Counted from the stretch's first letter, positions 35,082 through 45,385 are shown. The stretch is DNA of 50,119 bases from a virus (IMGVR_UViG_3300042542_000047:1-50119); one strand, 5' to 3'. Numbers and translations: made by a program. The notes: a model not told the origin generated them from the sequence alone.

Positions 35082-38000
35082 ATGACCATTCAAGCACAAC
35101 TGGCAGATGGTCGCATTCTTGAATTTCCAGACGGTACTGATCCGGCTGTAATTCAAGCAACCGTCAAAAAAATGGTTGCAGCCGATCGCTCTCCCAAAGA
35201 GGGCATCATGGCTGCTTTGACCGGCGGCGCAAAACGATTTGGCTCTACCATAGAGACGGGGCTTGAGTCACTCATTGATCCCGAATTGGCAGCAAAGCGC
35301 GGCGTTGCCCGTGGCGAAGACATTAGCCAGCAATACGCACCCGGAGCAAGCTTAGAAAAGGTCAAGCAAGCGTATGAACAAAAGGGTTTGTTCCCTGCGG
35401 CGTACGAGGCCATAAGCCAAATCCCATCCGCCTTGTTGGAGCAAGCTCCAAACATAGCGGCATCCCTTGGTTCGGCGCGTGTCGGGGCGATGGCTGGTGC
35501 GCCTTTTGGCCCGGCGGGAGCGGTTGTGGGTGGTATAGGCGGCGCATTTGCGCCGTCCTTGTTGCAATTGTATGGCTCTGGCTTGGAAAGACAAGCGGAA
35601 GAAGGCGTTCCTGAAATCTCAAGAGCAAAAGCCTTGGGAACGGCTATTCCGGGTGCTGCCGCAGAGGTAGCCTCGACATTCATTCCATTGGGTCGTAACC
35701 TCATTGGCAAGCTGCTTGGCCCAGAAGCCGAAAAAGCATTGGCAAGAGGCACAACCCAAAGCATTGAAGCAGCAGCCAAAGAAACCTTGGCAACATCTCT
35801 TACAAAAGGCGCTGGTGTAGGTCTCTTGGCGGAAATCCCAACAGAAGTTGGGCAGCAGATGCTTGAGCGTTTACAGGCAGGGTTACCACTTACAACCCCT
35901 GATGCGCTCGCAGAATATGGCGAATCAGCATACGGCGCGGCTCTTGTTGGTACACCGTTCGGCGCGGCAGCAAGAGGCTTGGGCAGACCAGCCGCAAGAG
36001 AAGCTTACGCCAACCAACTTCAATTGGATCAAGTCAAGGCGGATCAGCAACGTCAACGGGACGCTGAAGCCGCACTTCAACGTGCGCAAGCAGAACGAGC
36101 CAAGACTGAAGAAGAGTTGGGCGTACCCAAGATGCTGGCTCTGCCAGCGCCTAACAAACCCTACGAAGAACCCAAGAACCCACTGGTTGATCCTGTCGGT
36201 CGTATTACCGAAGATGAACTGGGCAAAGCCATTGGCAACAACACAGTTGTCAATTACCTGAATCGTTATCGTAAAGAGAACAATCTTCCCAAGTTGAAGT
36301 CGTACAGCATCGAAGACATCAAAGATGCAATGACGGCCCAGAACCCGGAAGGTGAAGAAGGTGCTTTAAACAGCATTCTGGCGTACAAAACCAACTACCA
36401 GAACCAAACCTACACCCCAGACGACATCCAAAATATTGCTGTGGCAAAGAACATTGCCACCGAGACCAAGGGTTTCTCCGACTTCTTGACTCGGGCCACG
36501 GGTAAGTCTGATTTAAACGCCATGACGCAGCCAGAGTTGCACTCAGTTGCGACTGCGCTGGATGCTTTGCAGCGTACAGGCAAGGAAGAGCAGCTTGTGC
36601 TGCCGGAAGGCTCCAACGCCACACGGTTTACACAGGATCAATACAACACAGGTCTGACCACTGCGCTTGGAACAATCAAGCCCGGCAAGCCTGTGTCGTT
36701 GGAACAAGCCAAGAAGGCCGTCCAAGCCCAAACGGGACTTGAGACTGACAGAGACGCAGAGAGCATCCTGAGAACTGCGGTAATCAACGATGACCTGACC
36801 ATTGATCGTGGTACAGGCTACCAAGCCGTCAGCCCTACCGGCGTGGTATTGGGTACGTACGGGACAGAATCAGAAGCCAAGCGGATGCATCGCCGCGCAG
36901 AGATCAAGCCCGTAGAGACAGAGCTTGTCACACCTCGCATTGAAGAGGCGACCCGCCCTGAGACTGAGTTGCCTGAAGGTTATCAAATCCAGAAGCAAGA
37001 CACGGTCGGCTCAGAAGCGCCCGCCGCTTACGTGATCAGAGAAGATGGCTCTCAGAGTAATGCTTCCCAGACCTTTGCCGAAGAGGCTGATGCCAAGGAG
37101 CGTTTAAACATTCTGGCACGCAAACGGGAAGCCAACGCCGCAGCGGAAGAAGCCTCCGCAGATCGCGTCCGTCAAGATTTGGAGAAGCGTCAAGCCGCCA
37201 TTGCTCAGATGGAAGCTGACGGCAAGACCGGAACACCAGAACACACCAAGGCTGTGTATGCGTTCCAAGCCGCCAACGTGGCTGGTAGCCAGAAGATCAC
37301 CGACCATTTGGACAAAGCCGAAGCGTTGCGCACACCGCTCAAAATTGTTCCGCTTGGCAAAAAATCGACCAAGGTGGCAAAGCATACGGTCATCAAAGAA
37401 GGCAAAGTTGTTGCCAGTTTTGACACCAATGACAAGGCTCAGGCACATGTCCTTTCTCTTTTAAATGACAAGGACTTGGAGTCAATCGCCAAGCGCGGCG
37501 GCACAATGGGCCAAAGAGCTAAAGTTGAACTTGACATGCGTGAGCGTCCGGGTGTCAGAGGTGGCACGACCGCAGGTTTAGAAGCTGCTGGTGTTCGTAC
37601 GCCTGAAGTGGAAGCCAAGCTCAAAGAGCTTGAGAAGAAGCTTAAGCCTATGCTGGACAAATTTGGTCTTGGCAATGTTGGTTTAAACGTTGTCCGGGCC
37701 ATCGAGAACGACGCGGACGGTGCTTGGGGCGGTTTAAACAACCTGATCCGCATTGCGTTTAACGCAGACAAGCCTATCAAGACCATGCGCCATGAGGCGC
37801 TACATGCATTGTTTGACCTTGGGTTCTTTACTCCCCAGCAGTGGGAAGCCTTGAAGCGTGAAGCCAAGAAGACTTGGGTAGACAAGTACCTCAAGAATGT
37901 GCCGTTCAACGAGACCATGTCTCGCTTTGATGCCTATACAGAAATGGGCTTGTCGGACGAAGCCATCCTTGAAGAAGCAATCGCAGATGCGTTTGGCGAC

Positions 38001-41000
38001 TGGGAAGGTGGAGCTAAACCACCACCCGGGATGATGGCTGCGTTGTTTAAACGTTTGCAGCAGTTCTTCTCTGCGCTGCGTCAGGCATTGACCGGAGCAG
38101 GGTTTGAATCTGCGGATGAAATCTTTGGCAAGATCGAACGGGGCGAACTGAAAGCTGGCAAGCAAGCGGGCGGCACTGAGACAAAGATGAGCCTTAACGA
38201 GCCATCTCAAGAGAATGCTTGGAAAGCTGACGACCAGATGATCCAAGCCGCAGACAAGTACGAAGAAGAGAACGGTATCCGTCCGTACGTATCCGAAGGA
38301 TTCTTGGACTTGCCAACTGACGGCACAAAGTACTCTCTCCAGAAATACAACCCAGAGAAGCATTTGAGTTTCGATGCGGTGCTTGGTGTGCCTATCAACA
38401 AAAATGGCTTGATCACCTTGTACTACCACACGACCAAAGAAAATGCGGTCAAGATTGGCAACAAGAAGGTTATCCCATCTGAAGGCCGTAGCCGTGTTTA
38501 CCTGACCAACGAGTCCAACGGCGCTGATGTTCTCAAGAACCGTGGAAACTTTGATCAGGAGTTTGACGGCAGTACCGTGTTGGTATACGTCCATCCTGAC
38601 ATGCTCCAACTGGACGATGTCCAAGACAATGGACGCAGAGACTTCTACATCCCATTGGCGCAAGGAGACTTCTTCAACAAGAAGATGAAGCTCCAATCAA
38701 TCCAGAAATCACGCAAGTCTGCGATTGTGGAATCGTTCAGTTACAGCGACCATGAGATGCGAATTGCGGAAGCTGTTCAGAAGTATAAGGATGCGACTTC
38801 GGCAGAGCGCAAGAAAATGGTTGCCAGCGCCCGCAAGCTTTTGAAGCTTGAACACAACGTCGGTACGCTGCTGACTGAAAACGGTAAGCTGGAGAAGACT
38901 CGCGTCGGCGAATACGACTTGGACTGGGATGGCAATAGCGTTGCGTCTATGGGTCTTGGCCTTGCCTCTGCCCAGCAAATATCTGAGAAAGTGTCCACCT
39001 GCCCGCGCTCAGGAATCTGTGAGGGTTTGTGTTTGGGCGAAACATCCGGCGGTAACTTCATGTTTGGTGGAGCCGCATCTGAGGATGTGGGTGACATTAA
39101 GAAGAGTTCGTTCCGTGCCGCCGCACGCATGATGCAATACCTCAAGACAGAGGCGTTGGTTGTCCACCCTGAAGAGTTTGCAATGGTTCTTCAGGCTGAG
39201 ATTGACTCATTGGCTAAGTGGTGCGCATCAGAGACCGAGAACAAGCGCGATCCAGAAACCAAGGAGCGCCAGAAAGTCGCCAAAGAAATCTACCAACCTG
39301 CCGTTCGTTTAAACGTTACGTCTGACTTCAAGCCCACCATGTTCCGGGCTATCATTGAAGGCAATCCGGACACAATGTTCTATGACTACACCAAACTGGG
39401 TAGCGAGTCCATTGCACCAAACCATCACCTGACGTACTCATCAACTGGTTTCGGTCAGATCGTCAAGGGCGAGAAGGTATTCTTTAAAGACAAGTCTGGC
39501 AAGTACGACCACAACTGGGCCACCATGCGCTCGCGTTTAAATAATGGTCAGAACGTTGCGATGGCTTTCTCCAGCAAGTCTGGCATTCCGTCTTTTTTGG
39601 TTGATGAAGAGAGTGGCGTTCAGTACCGTGTTTGGAATGGCGATGACTATGATGCCCGCTTCCTTGATCCAAAGCAGCCTGACGGCAAGGGTATGATCAT
39701 TGGCCTGAAGAACAAGGCTGGCAACTTGAGCGAAAAGAACGCTACCGAGAAAACTGGCGGCTTCTTTGTTCAGTACGATCCAAAGACAGACGGCGACACC
39801 GTCGTTGTGCCAAAACAAGCGCAGTTCAAAGGCTTGAAAGATGTAACGGTTACAACCACCAAGTACAGCCTACGTCAAGTCAAAGATATTTTTAACAAGG
39901 CAGAAAAGATTCCTGAGCCACCCGGCGTAGAGTCCATTAGACAGCAGTGGATTGGCGGCGTATCTGGCGTAGGCGACCGCGATTCCATGTATGACTTGTA
40001 TCGTGTAAACGGTAGTGAGAAATACATCCAAGATGTGCAGGACTTTGTCCGTGAAGAGCTTGGCGACGACTTCAAAGGTTACCGCCTGATGTCCAATGAC
40101 GAGTTGGAAGAGATACAAACTGGCGCAATGGGCAGTCAGTTTGTTTCATTTACTTTGAGTCCTGAAGTGGCAAAGGCGTTTAAAAACATTCCAGCCTACG
40201 CAGACAAGACGGGCATGTCAGTGGTTGAAATGGACTTGACCCCTGAGCATGTTGCCATGATTGGTCACCCCGGCGAGCTTGAACTTGTTGTGGACTATGG
40301 TCAGGGATACAACCCAAGCGATGTCAAGATTGTTGAGAAGTACAGCCTGCGTGCGCCAGACACCAAAGAGTTTAAACAACTCATGGAAGGCAGCAAGGTT
40401 GTAGATGAGAATGGCGATCCACTTGTTGTTTATCACGCAACAGGCAAAAACTTCAATACGTTTGACCCAAGAAAACTTGGTCAAAACACTAAAGATGCAA
40501 CCGCAAAATTGGGATTTTTCTTTGCTGGAAATGTAGATGCGGCAGACGAGTTTATGCGTCAGGTGACCTACAAAGGTGTGGGCGACTATCAAGCTGGTGC
40601 TAATGTAATTCCGGCCTATCTGTCCATAAAGAATCCTTTTGAAATGTCATCTGCAAATTTTGGAATGCAAATGACGGCGTTGCAAAGAATGCCGCAAACA
40701 AAAGCCAAACAATTCATTGCTGATTTTTTGGCAGACGTTAAAAATGAAGGCTACGATGGAATAGTAATCAGAGCCACAAAAGGCACAGGCACAAGCTTAT
40801 TCAAGGCAAGAGAGTTTGGCGCTGACAATTGGGTGGCGTTTGAACCAAGTCAAATTAAATCAGCCATTGGTAACGTTGGATCATATGGTCAACGAGCGCC
40901 TACAGCGGCAGAAGCAAAGCAGCTTGGTCTTACGCAGAAGAAAGCTGCCGAGCTTCAGGAAAAGGGAGACATCCGGTTCAGCCTCAAGACATACTTCCCC

Positions 41001-44000
41001 ACCGCAGAAGAAGCGGAGCAGGCTGCGTACAAAAAGGCTGCGCCAAACACACCGGAGTTTAAACGCTTCTTCGGGGCCAGCAAGGTCAAGGAAGAAGGCC
41101 GTCCATTGCCGATGTACCACGGCTCACTGAATGACTTCTCCCAGTTCAACGAAGACAACCGCAAGGGTTTGATCTTTGTCACACCAAACCCAGCATTTGC
41201 TGAGGAATATGCATTGCTTCACGCAAGCCGCATGGAAAAACAAGCAGAGCCACCAGTCAAGGTTTACCCTCTATGGGTTCGTGCTGAGACCCCGTTTGAC
41301 TACGAAAACCCTGTTCATGTTGATAGGGTAATGAATGAGTTCGGTAGCACAATGAGCATGAACGAGTACATGCAGACCGAAAGGGAAGTCAAAGAAGGCA
41401 ACTGGGCAAAGATTGAAGACCCGCGCTTTGTGGCGGCTTTGAAGAAGCTTGGCTTTGATTCTCTGTATGTCAAAGAAAACAGAACCAAGAACCTTGCCGT
41501 GTTCAAGGCCAATCAAGTCAAGTCAATCACAGGCAACATTGGTGACTTCAGCCTTGAAACCAAAGACATGCGTTACAGCCTGAAGAAGGTGCGCTATTCT
41601 GACGACCGATTTAAAAAGTTGTGGGATCAGTCTTTCTACACCCAGAACGGCGCAGAAAACAAAACTAAGGGTTATCTTGCATTTGTTGACCCAATTGAAT
41701 TTGTCCGCGCCACAGCAACGCCCAACGACTTTGAAAGGTTGCTCAAAGAGCAAGAGCCTCTTGATCTTGAGAGGATGAAAAAATACGCTGGGTCTATGTA
41801 TCTGTCGGTGTCCGAAAGAGATGGTAATTGGAAAATCACTGGGCATGAAGGCCGTCACCGCATGTTGGCTTTACATGATGCGGGGTACACCGAAGTTCCT
41901 GTTTACATCGATTTTCAAGCTGACAACGCACAGTCCATCCCGGTCAAGATATTACGCGGACAATTTGCCAACTCATTGTCAGCAACTTTGATAGCCAAAG
42001 AGGTGGAGCCGCTTTCCTACGCCAACAAAAATAAGGCGATGGAGAAGTTCACTCGCATGGAAAGCAAGGTCAAGTACAGCTTGCCAACTCAAAGCGCCGC
42101 CTATACCGCTCGCAGAGACGAGACAACAACCCGCCGCGAAAACAAAGGTGTGATTGACAGCATCTTGGAATCGTTTGCTCCTGAGAGCATGGCAAACTTA
42201 CGTGCCGCATTCATCCACCGCTACAACCAGCTTGGTGTGCTTGACAGAATGCTTGCCGAGAAGATGGGCGGCAAAGTCCTGCTGGCTGATGTCAGCGCAG
42301 AAGCGGCGGCAAACATGTCCGACCTGTCTTCTTCTGTCACCTATTCTGCGTTTGGCATAGGTAACCGCAAGGGTGGTATCCCTGTTTACAAGAACGGGGC
42401 AACCACTATCGACAACTCAGTCAAAGGCCCACTGGAAATCCTTGCACCGTTGGCACAGTTCAACGACCCAGTCGCTTATCAAGACTATCAGTATTGGGCT
42501 GGTGTCAAACGCGGCAAACGGTTTATGGATGACGGCAGAGAGCAGAATTTTGAGGCGGGTGACATTGCCTTGGTTGAAGAGTCTCGCAAGAAATACTTGG
42601 CAAAAGGCGTGGACTTCCGAATCATCCAGAAGGAAATGAATACGTTCAACGATGGCGTGGTCAATTACATGATCGCTACTGGTGTCATCAGCGCAGAGCG
42701 TGGTGCTGAGTTCAAGAAGCACATGGACTACATCCCATTCTTCCGTCAAGTCAACGGCGACACTACCGTCGGGCCAAAGATATTCAACTCAATCTCTGGG
42801 GTAAAACCACCCAAGAAGCTCAAGGGTAGCGAAGCTCCCCTGACGGACTACCTTGAATCCATTGTTCGCAACACGCAGGCGGCAATCAACGCAGGCATGA
42901 AGAACGTCGCAGCACAAAGGGCTGTAAACGTGGCGATGCAGCTTGGCCCGAAGGTAGGCGCACAACGTTTAAACGTTATCGACAATGCCCCGGACACCGT
43001 TCAGGTTCTGGAAAACGGCAAGCAAGTCTCTTACCGTGTTGCTGATCAGTTGTTTATCAATGCTGTAAAGAACTTGAACATGTCGGAGATGCCTTTCCTT
43101 GGCTTCTTGTCCGGCCCAGCAGACCTGCTTAGAAACCTTGTGACCAAAGACCCCGGCTTCATGCTGGCAAACATGGCCCGGGACTCCTTGTCAGCTTGGA
43201 CAACCAGCGGTGTAAACATCACCCCAATCGCCAGCACAGCAGCAAACTTTGCCAAGGCTCTGAGCGGTAAGTCAGCCACGTACAACGCTTTGTTAAACGG
43301 CGGTGTCCTTGGCGGCTACGAGTTCTCCACTGGGCTTTTAAACAGCGCCAATGTCTTGGAGGCAGACCTGAACAAGAAGTACGGCGCAAAGGGCGCAGCA
43401 GCGCCACTGGGTGTGTTTAAAGGCGTGTGGGATGCTCTGGAAAAAGGCACAGAAGCATCTGATGCTGCGACCCGCATGGCAGTGTATGACAGGGTTCTGG
43501 AAGAGACAGGCAACGAGACAGAGGCTTTGTACCGTGCGCTTGAGGTGATGAACTTCAACCGCAAGGGAAGCTCCCCTGTGGCTCGCATCTTGACTGCGGC
43601 GATACCGTTCTTGAACGCCCGTATCCAAGGCTTGGATGTCATGTACCGGACTGCGTTTGGACAGAACGTTACCGCCAACAACGAGGCCATGCAAAAAGCT
43701 TTCTTTGTCCGTGGCATGACCTTAATGGCTTTGTCTTCAGCTTACTTCCTTGCCGTCTCAGACGACGAAGAATGGAAGAAGCAGGAGCAAGAGACCAAGG
43801 ACAACTACTGGATTTTCCCCGGAGTAGGTAAATTCCCTACCCCGTTTGAGGTTGGCTTCCTGTTTAAAACAGTCCCTGAGCGGATCATGGCTTACACCAT
43901 GAAGGATGACACCGGACAGGACTTGATGAACTCTATGCGTCGTGGCCTGTTGAACACATTCGCGTTTAACCCAATCCCGCAGGTAGCCAAGCCATTGGTT

Positions 44001-44621
44001 GAATACGCCGCGAACTACAACTTCTTCACCGGCAGACCAATCGTTGGGCAGGGCTTGGAAGGCAGAGAGGTTCAGTATCAGGTCGGGCCAAGCACCACCC
44101 ATTCTATGGAGTGGCTGGGCAAGCAACTCAATCTGTCGCCAATCAAACTTGAGCAGGTCTACAGCGGATACACCGGAACGATAGGTATGTACGCCCTGTC
44201 GCTGTTTGACTCAATCCTGAACACACAAGCCGACAACCCGAACGCCTCCAAGCGGTTCGAGCAGCTTCCTGTGTTTAAACGATTCGCAGCCGATCCAGAA
44301 GCACGCGGGAACACAACGCAGTACTACGAACTCAAGAGAGCCGTGGATGCCGCAGTTGAAACACAGAACTACTTGCTCCGCGCCGGTTCACCAGAAGAGT
44401 TTGAAGAATTCATGGAACGAAACGCAGGTCTATTGGCAACCAAGCAGTATGTCGCAAGCGTTGAGAAAACAATGAAGAACATGCGGGAAATGCGCAAGAT
44501 GGTTCAGGGTTCAGAAATGTCGGCAGATGAGAAGCGCGATACGTTGGTTTCCATCGGACAGGCTGAGAACAATACAACCCAGAACATCCAAACCATCAAG
44601 AAGATGATCAGCGAACTCTAA
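35082..44621 (+). CDS. Giant polyvalent virion protein (zincin peptidase, ART-like x4, GP88-like, ParB-like, LPD38-like C-terminus)
   Basis: HEALH..EEAIAD; YH/YR ART motifs; CPRSGICEGLC..RLNVTSD..FYDYTK; GHEGRHR; PFEVGFLFKTVPER..NYNFFTGRPIV. Confidence 0.85.
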   Translation: MTIQAQLADGRILEFPDGTDPAVIQATVKKMVAADRSPKEGIMAALTGGAKRFGSTIETGLESLIDPELAAKRGVARGEDISQQYAPGASLEKVKQAYEQKGLFPAAYEAISQIPSALLEQAPNIAASLGSARVGAMAGAPFGPAGAVVGGIGGAFAPSLLQLYGSGLERQAEEGVPEISRAKALGTAIPGAAAEVASTFIPLGRNLIGKLLGPEAEKALARGTTQSIEAAAKETLATSLTKGAGVGLLAEIPTEVGQQMLERLQAGLPLTTPDALAEYGESAYGAALVGTPFGAAARGLGRPAAREAYANQLQLDQVKADQQRQRDAEAALQRAQAERAKTEEELGVPKMLALPAPNKPYEEPKNPLVDPVGRITEDELGKAIGNNTVVNYLNRYRKENNLPKLKSYSIEDIKDAMTAQNPEGEEGALNSILAYKTNYQNQTYTPDDIQNIAVAKNIATETKGFSDFLTRATGKSDLNAMTQPELHSVATALDALQRTGKEEQLVLPEGSNATRFTQDQYNTGLTTALGTIKPGKPVSLEQAKKAVQAQTGLETDRDAESILRTAVINDDLTIDRGTGYQAVSPTGVVLGTYGTESEAKRMHRRAEIKPVETELVTPRIEEATRPETELPEGYQIQKQDTVGSEAPAAYVIREDGSQSNASQTFAEEADAKERLNILARKREANAAAEEASADRVRQDLEKRQAAIAQMEADGKTGTPEHTKAVYAFQAANVAGSQKITDHLDKAEALRTPLKIVPLGKKSTKVAKHTVIKEGKVVASFDTNDKAQAHVLSLLNDKDLESIAKRGGTMGQRAKVELDMRERPGVRGGTTAGLEAAGVRTPEVEAKLKELEKKLKPMLDKFGLGNVGLNVVRAIENDADGAWGGLNNLIRIAFNADKPIKTMRHEALHALFDLGFFTPQQWEALKREAKKTWVDKYLKNVPFNETMSRFDAYTEMGLSDEAILEEAIADAFGDWEGGAKPPPGMMAALFKRLQQFFSALRQALTGAGFESADEIFGKIERGELKAGKQAGGTETKMSLNEPSQENAWKADDQMIQAADKYEEENGIRPYVSEGFLDLPTDGTKYSLQKYNPEKHLSFDAVLGVPINKNGLITLYYHTTKENAVKIGNKKVIPSEGRSRVYLTNESNGADVLKNRGNFDQEFDGSTVLVYVHPDMLQLDDVQDNGRRDFYIPLAQGDFFNKKMKLQSIQKSRKSAIVESFSYSDHEMRIAEAVQKYKDATSAERKKMVASARKLLKLEHNVGTLLTENGKLEKTRVGEYDLDWDGNSVASMGLGLASAQQISEKVSTCPRSGICEGLCLGETSGGNFMFGGAASEDVGDIKKSSFRAAARMMQYLKTEALVVHPEEFAMVLQAEIDSLAKWCASETENKRDPETKERQKVAKEIYQPAVRLNVTSDFKPTMFRAIIEGNPDTMFYDYTKLGSESIAPNHHLTYSSTGFGQIVKGEKVFFKDKSGKYDHNWATMRSRLNNGQNVAMAFSSKSGIPSFLVDEESGVQYRVWNGDDYDARFLDPKQPDGKGMIIGLKNKAGNLSEKNATEKTGGFFVQYDPKTDGDTVVVPKQAQFKGLKDVTVTTTKYSLRQVKDIFNKAEKIPEPPGVESIRQQWIGGVSGVGDRDSMYDLYRVNGSEKYIQDVQDFVREELGDDFKGYRLMSNDELEEIQTGAMGSQFVSFTLSPEVAKAFKNIPAYADKTGMSVVEMDLTPEHVAMIGHPGELELVVDYGQGYNPSDVKIVEKYSLRAPDTKEFKQLMEGSKVVDENGDPLVVYHATGKNFNTFDPRKLGQNTKDATAKLGFFFAGNVDAADEFMRQVTYKGVGDYQAGANVIPAYLSIKNPFEMSSANFGMQMTALQRMPQTKAKQFIADFLADVKNEGYDGIVIRATKGTGTSLFKAREFGADNWVAFEPSQIKSAIGNVGSYGQRAPTAAEAKQLGLTQKKAAELQEKGDIRFSLKTYFPTAEEAEQAAYKKAAPNTPEFKRFFGASKVKEEGRPLPMYHGSLNDFSQFNEDNRKGLIFVTPNPAFAEEYALLHASRMEKQAEPPVKVYPLWVRAETPFDYENPVHVDRVMNEFGSTMSMNEYMQTEREVKEGNWAKIEDPRFVAALKKLGFDSLYVKENRTKNLAVFKANQVKSITGNIGDFSLETKDMRYSLKKVRYSDDRFKKLWDQSFYTQNGAENKTKGYLAFVDPIEFVRATATPNDFERLLKEQEPLDLERMKKYAGSMYLSVSERDGNWKITGHEGRHRMLALHDAGYTEVPVYIDFQADNAQSIPVKILRGQFANSLSATLIAKEVEPLSYANKNKAMEKFTRMESKVKYSLPTQSAAYTARRDETTTRRENKGVIDSILESFAPESMANLRAAFIHRYNQLGVLDRMLAEKMGGKVLLADVSAEAAANMSDLSSSVTYSAFGIGNRKGGIPVYKNGATTIDNSVKGPLEILAPLAQFNDPVAYQDYQYWAGVKRGKRFMDDGREQNFEAGDIALVEESRKKYLAKGVDFRIIQKEMNTFNDGVVNYMIATGVISAERGAEFKKHMDYIPFFRQVNGDTTVGPKIFNSISGVKPPKKLKGSEAPLTDYLESIVRNTQAAINAGMKNVAAQRAVNVAMQLGPKVGAQRLNVIDNAPDTVQVLENGKQVSYRVADQLFINAVKNLNMSEMPFLGFLSGPADLLRNLVTKDPGFMLANMARDSLSAWTTSGVNITPIASTAANFAKALSGKSATYNALLNGGVLGGYEFSTGLLNSANVLEADLNKKYGAKGAAAPLGVFKGVWDALEKGTEASDAATRMAVYDRVLEETGNETEALYRALEVMNFNRKGSSPVARILTAAIPFLNARIQGLDVMYRTAFGQNVTANNEAMQKAFFVRGMTLMALSSAYFLAVSDDEEWKKQEQETKDNYWIFPGVGKFPTPFEVGFLFKTVPERIMAYTMKDDTGQDLMNSMRRGLLNTFAFNPIPQVAKPLVEYAANYNFFTGRPIVGQGLEGREVQYQVGPSTTHSMEWLGKQLNLSPIKLEQVYSGYTGTIGMYALSLFDSILNTQADNPNASKRFEQLPVFKRFAADPEARGNTTQYYELKRAVDAAVETQNYLLRAGSPEEFEEFMERNAGLLATKQYVASVEKTMKNMREMRKMVQGSEMSADEKRDTLVSIGQAENNTTQNIQTIKKMISEL

Positions 44622-44895
44622 GGATGTCGTTGTCGAAGAGCCAACCCACTGTAGCCCGGTGGGCGTCTTCCCACATGTTTAAACGTTCTTCCCGGGACAT
44701 TGCCCGGCCTTGATCTAATTCTGCGTGGCAGGTAAAGCACAAGGCGGCAATCCTATAGTCGTTGGCTTTAAGGCTCCTGCCCTTGCCGTCCCTGCCCTGA
44801 TTGGAATGTGCGGCTACAACTGTCCCGTCAGACCTGCCGCAGTGCTGACAAGGGGATTCCCTGACAGCTTCAAGCAGTTTCTGATTGCGGTACAT
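44608..44895 (-). CDS. His/Cys zinc-finger nuclease-like protein (DUF1364/HNH-like)
   Basis: MYRNQKLLEAVR..PCQHCG...VVAAHSN...IAALCFTCHAELD. Confidence 0.75.
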   Translation of the reverse strand: MYRNQKLLEAVRESPCQHCGRSDGTVVAAHSNQGRDGKGRSLKANDYRIAALCFTCHAELDQGRAMSREERLNMWEDAHRATVGWLFDNDILRVR

Positions 44896-45173
44896 CAACG
44901 GGCTTTGGATTGGATGATCTGTTGCACGGGTTGCCACTTGGTAGCCACCACTTCAGTAGCTCCCGCTGGCACAGTACTGTGGTATCGGAGGTTTTGTTTT
45001 GCTTTTGATCTGTCTGGTTTGGTAAGGTTTTGTAGTTCAATCGTTGCTCTCATCTCTGCGCTGTGTCTAAGGAATAAACGAAACCAAGCGATGCCGCCCA
45101 GCTTCATGTACTCTTCGTATTCGGGGTCTGTCAGTCTAGCATTTATGCTGTTCAGGACTTTTTCTCTACGCAT
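44895..45173 (-). CDS. Hypothetical protein
   Basis: RLTD.EYEEYMKLGG..W.R; tightly packed operon. Confidence 0.6.
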   Translation of the reverse strand: MRREKVLNSINARLTDPEYEEYMKLGGIAWFRLFLRHSAEMRATIELQNLTKPDRSKAKQNLRYHSTVPAGATEVVATKWQPVQQIIQSKAR

Positions 45174-45385
45174 CGCATCATCTCTGTGGGTCTTGGTTTG
45201 AGAGGCTTGGTCGTAATCCCATGAATAGTCCCATGACTGGGTGTTTTGATGCGTATCTTTTCAACAGCCTTGGTGGTTCGTTTACCGATAGCAGCGTTGT
45301 GGTTCATTTGTTTAAACGGATCGCCCCGTCTGGCTATCTCCTCGTCGGTAAATTCTTTCCAGTTAAATGCGTTCACGGCAGTCAT
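45152..45385 (-). CDS. Hypothetical protein
   Basis: NAFNWKEF N-terminus; overlaps neighbours. Confidence 0.6.
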   Translation of the reverse strand: MTAVNAFNWKEFTDEEIARRGDPFKQMNHNAAIGKRTTKAVEKIRIKTPSHGTIHGITTKPLKPRPTEMMRCVEKKS

